Position numbers and translations under genes: made by a program. Source: Polyangiaceae bacterium (GTDB lineage Bacteria; Myxococcota_A; Polyangia; Polyangiales; Polyangiaceae). Taken from it: DNA of 64,000 nt. Positions 47,217-56,367 of this stretch are shown in pieces; the stretch's first letter is position 1, and the number at the start of each line of letters is the position of its first letter. The notes below the pieces were generated by a model. It ran no database searches, had not been told where the DNA came from, and saw only the letters and a program-made list of their open reading frames with translations. Location: the NCBI GenBank assembly GCA_044222475.1, contig JBGANF010000018.1, positions 21,512-85,511 on the forward strand, written 5' to 3'.

Positions 47217-47393
47217 CGGAGGCGCCGCCGATTTCCCGCGAACCCTCGCGAGGTGGTGCATCGCCGACCACCCAGAAACCGGCGAAAATTTCGCCGTAAC
47301 GTCGTTCCGTCCGTGGTGCGGAACCACACCAGGGATGGAGAAGCGGTGCCTCTCGGTTGATGTGGGTGCGGGTATGCGTGGTACACTTTACGA

Positions 47394-48263
47394 GTGACCG
47401 AGCAGCGGTACTTCGCGCGAGACGGCCTGTTCTGGCGAAGGCTCGCGTCGATGGGAGCCCAGCGGTTTCCACGGTGGTGGGTGGAGTACAGCCCGCCGTT
47501 CTTCGGGCTCGCCGCGGCCGCGCTCGTGCCCGACGCTCGCAACAAAGTGCTCGAGAACCTGCGACGGATCCGCGGGCCGGCGCCGCTGGTCAGGGACGTC
47601 TCCGAGACGTCGCGCACCTTCATGGCGTACGCCGGCGTCCTGGCGGAGGTGCTCTCGTACGGATCGAAGAACGCGGATGCACCGCGTGCGCGCTCCGAGG
47701 GAGCGGAGAACCTCGGCGAGGCGCTGGCGATGAAGAAGGGGCTCATCCTCCTCACGCTGCACACGGCGGGCTGGGAAATCGCCGGCCCGCTGTTCCTCGA
47801 GCACGCGAAGCTCGACGTCGTCATCGTGATGGAGCGCGAGCGAAACGACGCCGCGCGCGCGCTGCACGACAAGGCCCGCGCCGCGTCGGGAGTGCGCGTC
47901 CTCCACGTGGGCGAAGATCCTCTCGCCTCGCTTCCTCTCCTTCGTCATCTCCAAGCGCGCGGTGCGGTCGCGATGCAGATCGATCGCCCGCCCCCCAGCG
48001 GCCGCGTGGTTCCGGTGCGCCTCCTCGGAGAGGACGACGCTCTCCCCGAGGGACCGTTCCGGCTCGCGCAGCTGAGCGGCGCGCCGGTCGTTCCGGTGTT
48101 CACCGCGCGCGCCGGGTTTCGCAACTACGTCCTGCGGGTCGGCACGCCTCGCCTGATCGCGCGCCGGGCACCCCGCGAGGAGCTCGGGCGCGTCGCCCAA
48201 ATCGTGAGCGACGAGGTCACGGCGTTTCTCCGTGAGCACCCGACGCAATGGTTCCACTGGTAG
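47394..48263 (+). CDS. Lysophospholipid/lipid A (HtrB/LpxL/PatA-like) acyltransferase
   Basis: ENL.RI, KGLILLTLHTAGWEI, VAMQIDR, LPEGPFRLA..SGAPVVP, REHPTQWF. Confidence 0.85.
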   Translation: MTEQRYFARDGLFWRRLASMGAQRFPRWWVEYSPPFFGLAAAALVPDARNKVLENLRRIRGPAPLVRDVSETSRTFMAYAGVLAEVLSYGSKNADAPRARSEGAENLGEALAMKKGLILLTLHTAGWEIAGPLFLEHAKLDVVIVMERERNDAARALHDKARAASGVRVLHVGEDPLASLPLLRHLQARGAVAMQIDRPPPSGRVVPVRLLGEDDALPEGPFRLAQLSGAPVVPVFTARAGFRNYVLRVGTPRLIARRAPREELGRVAQIVSDEVTAFLREHPTQWFHW

Positions 48264-48315
48264 GGTCAGTCGCAGGTTCCATTGGTCGTGGAGGTGTGCG
48301 ACAACGCTGACCCTC

Positions 48316-49089
48316 TTGGTCACTCGATTCCACATCGGCGCGAAACAGCTGCAGAGCGGCATCGCGGCCTACGCGAAGCGCTTCGATCTCCTCGAGGTGC
48401 GGCTGGCGGCGACCTCCACCGGAGGAAGTGCCGGCGTGCCATCTGCACGCCGGCCGATCGATGCTCCGTCGCAGGGCATCTCGACGTTCCGTCGCTGGCG
48501 CAAGCAGGTGCCGCCGCACTTCGATTTCACGGTCGTCGTCGGACCCGGCGCGTCGCGACTGCGGACCGGAAAAGAGCTCGACGCCGACGTCGCGTGGGCC
48601 AAGGAGGTCGCCGACGCGCTCCAAGCGCGCTGCGTCCTCGTCGCCACTCCGCCCGACGTCACGCCGACGGCGCTGTGGCGTGATCGCCTCGCGGCGCTCG
48701 TCGAGCGCCTCAAGCGCGAAGCGACGATCGTCGTGTGGGAGCCGAGCGGCATCTGGGAGGTGCCCGAGGCGGCGCGCGTCGCGCAGCGCCTCGGCATCAC
48801 GCTCGCCGTCGACGCCGCGCGCGAGGTCCTGCCCCCTGGCCCGATCGCGTACGCGCGACTTCGCGCGATGGGCGAGACGCGCTCCTTCGGGATCGCCGCG
48901 CTCGAGCGCATCGTGCGCAACATCGGTCCGCGTCGCGACGCGTTCGTGGTCCTCGAAACCGACGGCGCGCTCGCGGAGTGCAAGCGCCTCCGGCAAATCG
49001 CGGCGCGTCGCCCGGGCAAGGGCGAGGGCGGTCTCGGCCGGGTCGTGCGGCCGCGCGCGATCCGAGTGAAGGACGACGAGCAAGAATGA
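48316..49089 (+). CDS. DUF72 (YecE-like TIM barrel) family protein, divergent
   Basis: YAKRFDLLEV, FRRWRKQVP..FDFTV, VWEP...W, AVD, YARL. Start uncertain. Confidence 0.65.
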   Translation: MVTRFHIGAKQLQSGIAAYAKRFDLLEVRLAATSTGGSAGVPSARRPIDAPSQGISTFRRWRKQVPPHFDFTVVVGPGASRLRTGKELDADVAWAKEVADALQARCVLVATPPDVTPTALWRDRLAALVERLKREATIVVWEPSGIWEVPEAARVAQRLGITLAVDAAREVLPPGPIAYARLRAMGETRSFGIAALERIVRNIGPRRDAFVVLETDGALAECKRLRQIAARRPGKGEGGLGRVVRPRAIRVKDDEQE

Positions 49090-49946
49090 GTCGGCGTTCG
49101 TGGTCCGTCGCGTCTTCCTCGCGCGCGGCCGAAGACGCGGCGCGCGCGGTGCTCCCGGCGGGCAACGCCGCCGATGCCATCGTCGCGGGAGTGTTCGGCG
49201 CGTGCGCGGCGAACCCGGGGGTGCTCCTCGGCTCGCTGCAGGTGCTCCTCGTCGGTCCGGCGGTGGGCGCGCGCGCGATCGACGGGCGCGCGATGCAGCC
49301 GGGCAGGGGGACTCGCCGCCCGCGCGGGTTCGTCGAGGGCGCGGACATCCCGCCGGCGGCGCGCGTCGCGGTGCCGGGGTTGCCTTCGGCGCTGGCGACC
49401 ACGTCGACCGCGTTCGGCATGATGACGCTGGCGAAGGCGGCGGCTCCGGGGCTCGAGCTCGCGAAGTCGGTCTCGAAGGCTCGCGCCAAGGTGCTCGGGC
49501 GGATTGCGCGCATGGGCGCGGCCGCGCTGCGCGAGCCGCTCGTTGCCGAGCCATGGCTCGAGGTCGCCGGAGTGCTCGCTGGCGGTCTGCTCACCGCCGA
49601 GGACCTGGCCGAGTGCGCGGCGACCATCCACGAGGTCGAGCGAGCGGACACGCTCCGGGTGCCCTGGGGTCGTGCGGACGAGACGGCGAGCGACGTCGCG
49701 GCGCTGGCCGTGGCCGACTCGCGCGGGATGCTCGCGGTCGCGTGCTGGGAGCAGCCGACCGAGGGCGTCCGCATCGACGCGGTCGATCTGATCGCGCCGC
49801 TGCTCGCGATCCCGGTGCGGCGCGGAGCCACGCGGGTCACGCCGGGGACGCGGCTCTCCGCGCCGTCACCGATCCGGGTCGTGGGTGACGTCGCCGAGGC
49901 TCACGCCGGCGGCGCGATGGTGCGGGTGACGCGGTCTAGAGCTTGA
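49086..49946 (+). CDS. Truncated/degenerate gamma-glutamyltransferase-like protein
   Basis: A..AA..VL..GNAADA.VA, AIDGR...P, VAVPG....L......FG..TL.....P, GGLLT.EDLA. Confidence 0.6.
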   Translation: MSRRSWSVASSSRAAEDAARAVLPAGNAADAIVAGVFGACAANPGVLLGSLQVLLVGPAVGARAIDGRAMQPGRGTRRPRGFVEGADIPPAARVAVPGLPSALATTSTAFGMMTLAKAAAPGLELAKSVSKARAKVLGRIARMGAAALREPLVAEPWLEVAGVLAGGLLTAEDLAECAATIHEVERADTLRVPWGRADETASDVAALAVADSRGMLAVACWEQPTEGVRIDAVDLIAPLLAIPVRRGATRVTPGTRLSAPSPIRVVGDVAEAHAGGAMVRVTRSRA

Positions 49947-50160
49947 CGCCGTGACGCTTCGCGTACTCGGACACGCCGATCTTGTCGATCGTGCGGATGT
50001 CCCGCGTGGTCAGGTTGAGCGTCACGAAACGGTTCTGCTCCGGAACCCAAACGCGGCGCGTCTGGATGTTCAAGTTCTGCCAGCGCTTCGTCTTGATGTT
50101 CGAGTGCGAGACGCTCTGCGCCTTGAGCTTGCGTTTGCCGGTGATGTCGCTGCTGGCCAT
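49936..50160 (-). CDS. rpmB: 50S ribosomal protein L28
   Basis: ITGKR......VSHSNIKTKRWQ..N.Q..R.W......FV.L......RTIDK.G. Confidence 0.93.
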   Translation of the reverse strand: MASSDITGKRKLKAQSVSHSNIKTKRWQNLNIQTRRVWVPEQNRFVTLNLTTRDIRTIDKIGVSEYAKRHGVKL

Positions 50161-50215
50161 GGGATGGAACCTTTTCGAAAGAGGCGCGGGACATTTGACG
50201 AACCACGCGGGATTG

Positions 50216-51046
50216 TCAAGGGAAACCGGCCGGCGCCTTCACCAGAGAGCTCACCAAATCGGCGCAAAACCCCTGCGTTCGCTCGAAGTCGTCGGGCTTC
50301 TTCGTCAGGGCGGCCTCATCCATGTACAGGCGGCGGGCGAGCTCGACCTGGACCACGTGGACGCGCTCGTTCGGGCGCCCGTAGAACCGGGTGGTGAAGC
50401 CGCCGCGGTAGGGGTCGTCGTGGCGGACGGTGAGGCCGTGGCGGGCGGCCACGACGTCGACGGCGTCGATGAACCGCGGGTCGGCGCTGGTGCGGCCTTG
50501 GGTGCCGGGGACGACGTCGGCGCGGGTGGCTCCACCCTGGGGTGCATCACCGTGGCCGGTGCGGCCCACGCTCGGCATCGAGTGCGCCGCGAGGACGATG
50601 GCGTACCCGAACTTCGAGACGCGGGCCGAGATGAGACGCCGGAGAGCTCCGTGGTACGGGCGGTGAACCGCGTCGAGGCGGGCCTCGAGCGACTCGCGGG
50701 AGAGGGGACGCCGGAGGCAGACCTCCCCGTCGGTGCCGAGGCGCCAGATGACCCCGCGAGGAGCGCGCGGTGAGGCTGGGCCCCCGACGACGGACTCGGC
50801 GTCGACGTCGGTTTCGGCGCGGTTGAGGTCGACGACGTAGCGAGACACGGTCGCGCGGAGGATGGTCGCGCCGTGCGCCGGGGCGCCGGCGTAGAGCTCG
50901 TCCACGAAGAGGTCGGCGTCGCGAGCGATGGCGCGGGGGGTCACGTCGATCTCGTCGCGGAACGCATCGGGGATCGCCGTCCCCGCGTGGGGGATCTCCA
51001 CGATGAGGGGACCGGTTCCCTCTTCGACGACGAACGCGGCGGTCAC
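50216..51046 (-). CDS. N-formylglutamate amidohydrolase family protein
   Basis: PLIVEIPHAG, DADLFVDELY, SRYVVDLNR, RPYH, AHSMPS, PYRGGFTT..YG, VQVELARRLYMDE. Confidence 0.92.
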   Translation of the reverse strand: MTAAFVVEEGTGPLIVEIPHAGTAIPDAFRDEIDVTPRAIARDADLFVDELYAGAPAHGATILRATVSRYVVDLNRAETDVDAESVVGGPASPRAPRGVIWRLGTDGEVCLRRPLSRESLEARLDAVHRPYHGALRRLISARVSKFGYAIVLAAHSMPSVGRTGHGDAPQGGATRADVVPGTQGRTSADPRFIDAVDVVAARHGLTVRHDDPYRGGFTTRFYGRPNERVHVVQVELARRLYMDEAALTKKPDDFERTQGFCADLVSSLVKAPAGFP

Positions 51047-51161
51047 ACCCTCGAAGCTAGTTCGGACCCCCTGAAAAAACGACCTCCATGAACCTACCGA
51101 TCGGTCGAATTTGTCTTGGCGGCGGGCCCCAGGTCTGCGAGAACACCACCGCGAGGTGGTC

Positions 51162-52283
51162 ATGAGGTTCGTGAACCGCGGGTGGCTCGTACTGATGGCG
51201 TGCACGTCGATCGCTGGGCTCGCGCGCGCGGACTACGGCGATCCCGGAACCGAGGCAGTCACGGTCGCGCCCAACCAGCCGACTGCGGGCGGCGCAACGA
51301 GCGTGCAGCTCGCCGTTCCCGCAGGGAAGGGGCCCTTCCCACTGCTCGTCCTCAGCCACGGGTTCTCCGCCTCGGGCGACAACCAGATCGGCTGGGCGAA
51401 ACATTTCGCGAGCCACGGCTTCGTCGCCGTCGTCCCCTCGTTTCCGAACACGTTCAGCCCGAACCACGCGACCAACGCGGCGATCATCCAGCAGCTCGTT
51501 GCGCTCTACACGAACCCTTCGACCAGCTCGGCGGCGAAGGGCAAGATCGACGGCGCGCGAATCGGGCTCGAAGGTCACAGCGCGGGCGGTCTCGCGACGT
51601 CCCTCGCGGCGACGCCGGCGGTGGGAGCGATCGTGCTCTTGGACCCCGTCGACGCGAACGATCTCGGAAAGAACGCCTCACCGTCGATCTGCTCGCCGAC
51701 CTTGGGGCTCTTCGCGGGACCGAGCGCGTGCAACAACCAGGCGGGGTGGCGTCCGTTCGTGACGACGCAGCAAGGGCCGGTCACCGCGGCGAACGTCGTC
51801 TCCGGAAACCACTGCGATGGAGAGAACGCGCCGCGAACGCTGTGCGGTCCGTTCTGCGGTGGCGCCGGGGCGGACGCGGGTCGCCAGAAGGTCCTCGCGC
51901 GATGGGCGACCGCGTTCTTCCTGGCTCGCCTGAAGAACGACGCCGCGGCGCAGACGGCGCTCGGGACGATCGCGAGCGACGTCGGATTGGCGAACGTGTC
52001 GTCCCAAAATGGTACGCCGTGCAGCGTGCCTCCCGCGGGAGACGGTGGCGTCGACGCGTCGTCGCCGGTCGATGCGTCGTCGCCGGTCGACGCCGCGCCG
52101 GTCCCGAAAGATGGGAGCACGCCGAAGGACGCAGGGGGCACGCCGATCGCTCCCGGGCCGACGGACTCCAGCGCGGGGTGCAGCTGCGGCGTGGCCACCA
52201 CGTCGAGCGCCGGCCTCCCCTCGGCCTTCGCGGCGCTGGTCGTCGCCGCCCTGATCGCTCGGCGCCGTCAGAGCCAAGCGTAG
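51162..52283 (+). CDS. Secreted alpha/beta hydrolase (chlorophyllase/cutinase-like) with MYXO-CTERM anchor
   Basis: PLLVLSHGF, HFASHGFVAV, GHSAGG, LLDPVD, GNHCD; tail GCSC...AFAALVVAALIARRR. Confidence 0.85.
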   Translation: MRFVNRGWLVLMACTSIAGLARADYGDPGTEAVTVAPNQPTAGGATSVQLAVPAGKGPFPLLVLSHGFSASGDNQIGWAKHFASHGFVAVVPSFPNTFSPNHATNAAIIQQLVALYTNPSTSSAAKGKIDGARIGLEGHSAGGLATSLAATPAVGAIVLLDPVDANDLGKNASPSICSPTLGLFAGPSACNNQAGWRPFVTTQQGPVTAANVVSGNHCDGENAPRTLCGPFCGGAGADAGRQKVLARWATAFFLARLKNDAAAQTALGTIASDVGLANVSSQNGTPCSVPPAGDGGVDASSPVDASSPVDAAPVPKDGSTPKDAGGTPIAPGPTDSSAGCSCGVATTSSAGLPSAFAALVVAALIARRRQSQA

Positions 52284-52939
52284 GCGTCGCGCACGATCTC
52301 CGGTCCGCCGTGGGGGAGCGGCGCTCCGTGGGCGAGGATGATCTTGTCGAAGTCCCACGCGAGGATGCGATCGACTTGGCGTCGTGCCACGCGGCGATCG
52401 CGCACCATCAGCGGCTCCATCCAGCCCATGCCCGGTGCGCGGTTGCCCATGAGCCGCGCGACGAAGCGCGTCGACCTGTCGGGGTGGGTCGACAGGTTGA
52501 GGAGTGCGTCGGTCACGATCAGCGTCTTCGTCTTGGGATGCACGAAGTCGATCTCGTTCTCTCGCCGGGCGGAGAAGTACACCTGGTGCAGATCGTTCGC
52601 CCAGATCTCGTGCGGCTCGTCGCCGAGCACGCAGGTGAATGCGAGATCGGGTCGCTTCCACTCGAGCCCGGGGCACGCGGCGAAGACCGCCTTCGGGTAC
52701 GCGGCCATCCACTGGCCGACGGAGAGGTGATGGAAGATGCTCGGCGCGACGACGGCGCGCACCTCGCCGAGCGCGTCGACCTCGGCGCGTGTGGCCTCGT
52801 CGAGCGGCACCGGCGAGTGAACGAACAGGCCGCCGGCCGCGAGCCGCACGATCGTCATGCGGGTCCCGGTCTCGACGCCGAAGAATTTCGCCTTGCGTGT
52901 GTCGGTCCACACACCGTCGGACCACGCGGTCAGCGTCAC
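52268..52939 (-). CDS. DUF4336 family protein
   Basis: TRMTIVRL..GGLFVHSP, LGEVRAVVAPS.FHHL, TLIVTD, WDFDKIILAHG. Confidence 0.85.
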   Translation of the reverse strand: MTLTAWSDGVWTDTRKAKFFGVETGTRMTIVRLAAGGLFVHSPVPLDEATRAEVDALGEVRAVVAPSIFHHLSVGQWMAAYPKAVFAACPGLEWKRPDLAFTCVLGDEPHEIWANDLHQVYFSARRENEIDFVHPKTKTLIVTDALLNLSTHPDRSTRFVARLMGNRAPGMGWMEPLMVRDRRVARRQVDRILAWDFDKIILAHGAPLPHGGPEIVRDAYAWL

Positions 52940-52952
52940 GAGGGCTCCATCG

Positions 52953-53846
52953 TCACGCTCGCGGGTGCGCCTTGGCGTGAGCCGCGCGCAGGTGGTCCTG
53001 GGCGACGCGCGTGTAGATCTCGGTCGTGCCGAGGTCGGCGTGGCCGAGCATCGCTTGGACGGCGCGGAGATCGGCGCCGCCTTGAAGCAGGTGGGTCGCG
53101 AACGAGTGACGCAGCTTGTGAGGCGACGTCGGCGTCGTCACTCCGGCGGCGCGGGCGTAGCGCTTGAGGAGCTTCCAGAAGCCTTGTCGGGTGAGTGGCT
53201 TCCCGCGCGGCGAGAGGAAAAGCGCGTTGCTCTGCGCCCGCGCGCGCTCGGCGACCTCGGGTCGACCGTCCTTCAACCAGCGGTCGACGTGCGCGAGCGC
53301 GACCTCGCCGACCGGGACGAGCCGCCGCTTGCCGCCCTTCCCGAGGACGGAGACGACTCCGCGCTCGCGATCGAGGTCGGCGACGCGCAGCCCGACGAGC
53401 TCGGACACGCGCAGCCCGCAGGCGTAGATGAGGTGGATCATCGCGACGTCGCGCAGCCCGCGCGACGTCGCGTCGTCGGGGCGGGCGGCGATGCTGACGA
53501 TGTCGGAGACGCCGAGCACCTTCGGAAGTCGGCGAGAGAGCTTGGGTCGCTCGACGAGCGCGGTCGGGTCTTCGCTGACGAGCTTCTCCTTCACGAGGAA
53601 CTTGAAGAAGCCGCGCAGCCCGGAGAGCTGCCGCGCGCTCGACCGCGCGCCGAAGCCGCGCTTGACGTTCTGCTCCATCATCTTGGCGAGCGTGCCCGGA
53701 TCGATCGCGTCGATGGCGGCGTCCTCTCCGACGGTCTTCGCGAGCTGGTTCAGGTCGCGCGCGTACGCTTCGAGCGTGTTCCGTGACAGGGCGCGTTCGA
53801 CCCGCAGGTGATCGAGGTAGGCGTCGATGGCGGAGGAGAGGTCCAC
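52953..53846 (-). CDS. xerD: Site-specific tyrosine recombinase XerD
   Basis: LRVERALSRNTLEAY.RDL, LRD.AM..L.Y.CGLRVSEL, GKGGK.RLVP, LTRQGFW, SPHKLRHSFATHLL.GGADLRAVQ.MLGH.DL.TT.IYT, HPRA. Confidence 0.93.
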   Translation of the reverse strand: MDLSSAIDAYLDHLRVERALSRNTLEAYARDLNQLAKTVGEDAAIDAIDPGTLAKMMEQNVKRGFGARSSARQLSGLRGFFKFLVKEKLVSEDPTALVERPKLSRRLPKVLGVSDIVSIAARPDDATSRGLRDVAMIHLIYACGLRVSELVGLRVADLDRERGVVSVLGKGGKRRLVPVGEVALAHVDRWLKDGRPEVAERARAQSNALFLSPRGKPLTRQGFWKLLKRYARAAGVTTPTSPHKLRHSFATHLLQGGADLRAVQAMLGHADLGTTEIYTRVAQDHLRAAHAKAHPRA

Positions 53847-53964
53847 GGGAGCCCGCCCATTGTACCAACGAGGTACAGGCGGCTCCAGTTTACGTTGTTC
53901 GTTTCAAACGAACATCGTTCAAAAGACGAATGAATGAATGTGGAGCAGGAATGGGAAGGGGAAT

Positions 53965-54540
53965 TCAGCTTGGTTCGTTTGAAACGATGGTTAGCCAGCG
54001 ATCGAAGATCGCCGGACCCAGCGGCGTCAGGATGCTCTCGGGGTGGAACTGGATCCCTTCGATGCTGCGGGTGGCGTGACGCAGCCCCATCACGACGTCT
54101 CCCGAGGTCGCCGTGACGATCAGCTCGGTCGGCAGCGTGGCTCGGTCGACCGCGAGCGAGTGGTAGCGCCCCGCGAGGAACGGCGAGGGGAGCCCGGCGT
54201 AGATCGTCTTGCCGTCGTGGGTCACCGGCGTGGCCCGACCGTGCACCGGCGAGACGCGGACGATCGTCGCGCCGAACGCCTCGGCGATCGCTTGGTGCCC
54301 GAGGCAGATTCCCAAAATGGGACAGTCGAGCTCGCGCACCACCTCGACCGAGATCCCCGCGTCCTTCGGAGCACACGGGCCGGGCGAGATCACGACGCCG
54401 TCGGGTCGCTTCGCGCGAAGCTCGTCGATCGTGATCGCGTCGTGCTTCGCGACCTCCACGTCGGCGCCGAGCACCCGCAGCGCCTGGACGACGTTGAAGG
54501 TGAAGGAGTCGTAGTTGTCGACGACGAAGATGCGCGCCAC
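53965..54540 (-). CDS. Anthranilate/aminodeoxychorismate synthase component II (TrpG/PabA)
   Basis: VDNYDSFTFN, ISPGP, ILGICLGHQ, RYHSL, GIQFHPES. Confidence 0.93.
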   Translation of the reverse strand: MARIFVVDNYDSFTFNVVQALRVLGADVEVAKHDAITIDELRAKRPDGVVISPGPCAPKDAGISVEVVRELDCPILGICLGHQAIAEAFGATIVRVSPVHGRATPVTHDGKTIYAGLPSPFLAGRYHSLAVDRATLPTELIVTATSGDVVMGLRHATRSIEGIQFHPESILTPLGPAIFDRWLTIVSNEPS

Positions 54541-54598
54541 GAGGGCGTGGAACGTAGCCGGCTTTTGGACGCGCCCAAAAGCGCTTCCGACGCGCTCG

Positions 54599-54928
54599 TT
54601 ACGCGGCCGCGCGCGACCAACGCACGAGCTGCTGCAGGTACGCGCGATCCAAGAGCTCGATGCCCACGAGCTCGACCGCCTGGCGACGCGCGTCGCGGCG
54701 AACGCTGCGCGCCCAGAGCCAGAGGCGGTGCGTCGTGCCCGGCACGCCGACCTCGACGGTGAACGACTGAGGCTGGACGTCGGGCTCGACCGTCGTGCGG
54801 AGCAGCAGCCCGGTCGCCGAGACGTCGATCAGCTCCGCGAGGTGCGGATACCCTTCGATGTACTTGTTGACCCACACCCGAACGTTCGGCGAACCACGAA
54901 GTGACGTGCGGCGGTCCATGTTGGCCAT
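54599..54928 (-). CDS. Stand-alone PilZ domain protein
   Basis: DRRTSLR (RxxxR) and IDVSATG (DxSxxG); 109 aa. Confidence 0.8.
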   Translation of the reverse strand: MANMDRRTSLRGSPNVRVWVNKYIEGYPHLAELIDVSATGLLLRTTVEPDVQPQSFTVEVGVPGTTHRLWLWARSVRRDARRQAVELVGIELLDRAYLQQLVRWSRAAA

Positions 54929-55002
54929 GGGAAAAGTGTAGGTGGATGTAGTCTGGACGGCCAAGAGAAGCGCCAAACATGACGTCAAACCCCACGCCGC
55001 GT

Positions 55003-55032
55003 TTGACACTGCCGCGTTCGGGAAACTAACGT
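55003..55032 (+). promoter_or_regulatory. Putative sigma-70 promoter overlapped by an inverted repeat
   Basis: TTGACA-N18-TAACGT; GTCAAAC-N10-GTTTGAC (54984-55007) overlaps the -35. Confidence 0.5.
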
Positions 55033-55111
55033 CTCGCAAACGTTTCTTGGGCATCCCAAGACGACACGACGACGAAGGCACGCGCACGGTTGACGCGGAG
55101 CGAGGGACTCG

Positions 55112-56353
55112 ATGGCCGAGGAAAAGAAGCCGAAGATCGATCTGAAGGCACGTCTTGGAAAGACTGCCGTAGGCGGAGCGACGCCTGCTCCGCCGCCTGC
55201 AGCAGCCCCTTCGTCGGGCGGGGGGACGGAAACGCCCGCCCCGGCCGCGTCGGCGCCGGTCGCCGCACCCGCGGCGAAGTCGTCGGGAGGCCTGCCTGCC
55301 CCGGCCGTCGGGCTCCCGGTTCCGCCGGGCGTTCCCATCGGCCGCCCCGCGCTCGACCCGAGCAACCCGCTCGCCGCAGCGATGGCCCCGCCCCCGTCGG
55401 CGGCGCCGGCGCAGCCCGCGGGTCCGGCGCGCATCGAGGTCGACGAGATGGCCGTGCAAGAGGCCGCCAAGAAGGCGCGCCGCACCGGCTTCATCTTCGC
55501 CGGGTTCACGCTGATCCTCGGCGTCGGCATCGGCTTCATCGGCGGCGGCGCTCAACAGACCGGGAAGTACCGCGCGGACTCGCACGCCGACGCGGCCGAG
55601 CTCAAGAAGGACGTCGACGCCGCCAAGGGCAAGATGGAGGAGCTGGCCAAGGATCTCGAGGCCGGCCGTGACTCGCTCAAGGCCAAGCCTCCCGTCTTCC
55701 CGAAGGACCTCGCGGGCCAGCTCGCGGGCATCAACGTCGACTTCGACGGCGCGAAGCTCAGCGGTCGTCGCTTCAGCGGCTTCCCGCCCGATGCGTCGGG
55801 CGGCCTGATCGATCTCGCGACCGCGGTCGCCGCCCTCAACGAGCACAAGACCGCGATCAAGAACCTCCTCGGCAAGCTCGAGAAGCCGCTCACCGAGCAG
55901 CTCGCCGCGTCCCAAGCTGGGACGGTGAGCCTCCAGTACATGGTGCTCCTCGGCGGTCCGACCGGAAAAGACCCGTCGGGCAACTTCGTCGGCGTGCTCT
56001 CGCCGATCTCGCCGCCGATCGCCATCTCGAAGGAGAAGATCGAGATCCCGGCCGAGCTCAAGGGCGTCGTCAACGGCGGCGTCGTCACCGTGCCCAAGCT
56101 CGACAAGCCGAGCATCGACAAGCCGGGCGCGGTCTACCTCACGCCGGGCAGCGTCGAGGCGATCTTCCCCAGCGACACCAAGTCGCTGGCCGGGCAGCTC
56201 AGCGTCAAGCTCACGGACCTCATCCACGATCTCCGAGGCGACGAGAAGCCGAAGGACGATCAGATGGTGGTCGACGTGAAGAAGGGCCTCATCGACCGCG
56301 CCGAGGACTTGAGCAAGAGCCTCGACAAGATCTCCAAGGGCGGCGGCGGCTGA
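55112..56353 (+). CDS. Hypothetical bitopic membrane protein (Pro-rich N-terminus, TM, coiled coil)
   Basis: Strong GC3 coding bias; TM GFIFAGFTLILGVGIGFIGG; heptads after the TM. Confidence 0.75.
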   Translation: MAEEKKPKIDLKARLGKTAVGGATPAPPPAAAPSSGGGTETPAPAASAPVAAPAAKSSGGLPAPAVGLPVPPGVPIGRPALDPSNPLAAAMAPPPSAAPAQPAGPARIEVDEMAVQEAAKKARRTGFIFAGFTLILGVGIGFIGGGAQQTGKYRADSHADAAELKKDVDAAKGKMEELAKDLEAGRDSLKAKPPVFPKDLAGQLAGINVDFDGAKLSGRRFSGFPPDASGGLIDLATAVAALNEHKTAIKNLLGKLEKPLTEQLAASQAGTVSLQYMVLLGGPTGKDPSGNFVGVLSPISPPIAISKEKIEIPAELKGVVNGGVVTVPKLDKPSIDKPGAVYLTPGSVEAIFPSDTKSLAGQLSVKLTDLIHDLRGDEKPKDDQMVVDVKKGLIDRAEDLSKSLDKISKGGGG

Positions 56354-56367
56354 CTCTCTGGATGATT

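Noticed and set aside
52953..53846. Tyrosine recombinase as a prophage or island integrase, and the nearby palindrome as a dif site
   Set aside because: The protein has XerD-specific motifs and housekeeping neighbours, with no att-linked tRNA or phage genes. The palindrome does not resemble the 11-6-11 dif consensus.
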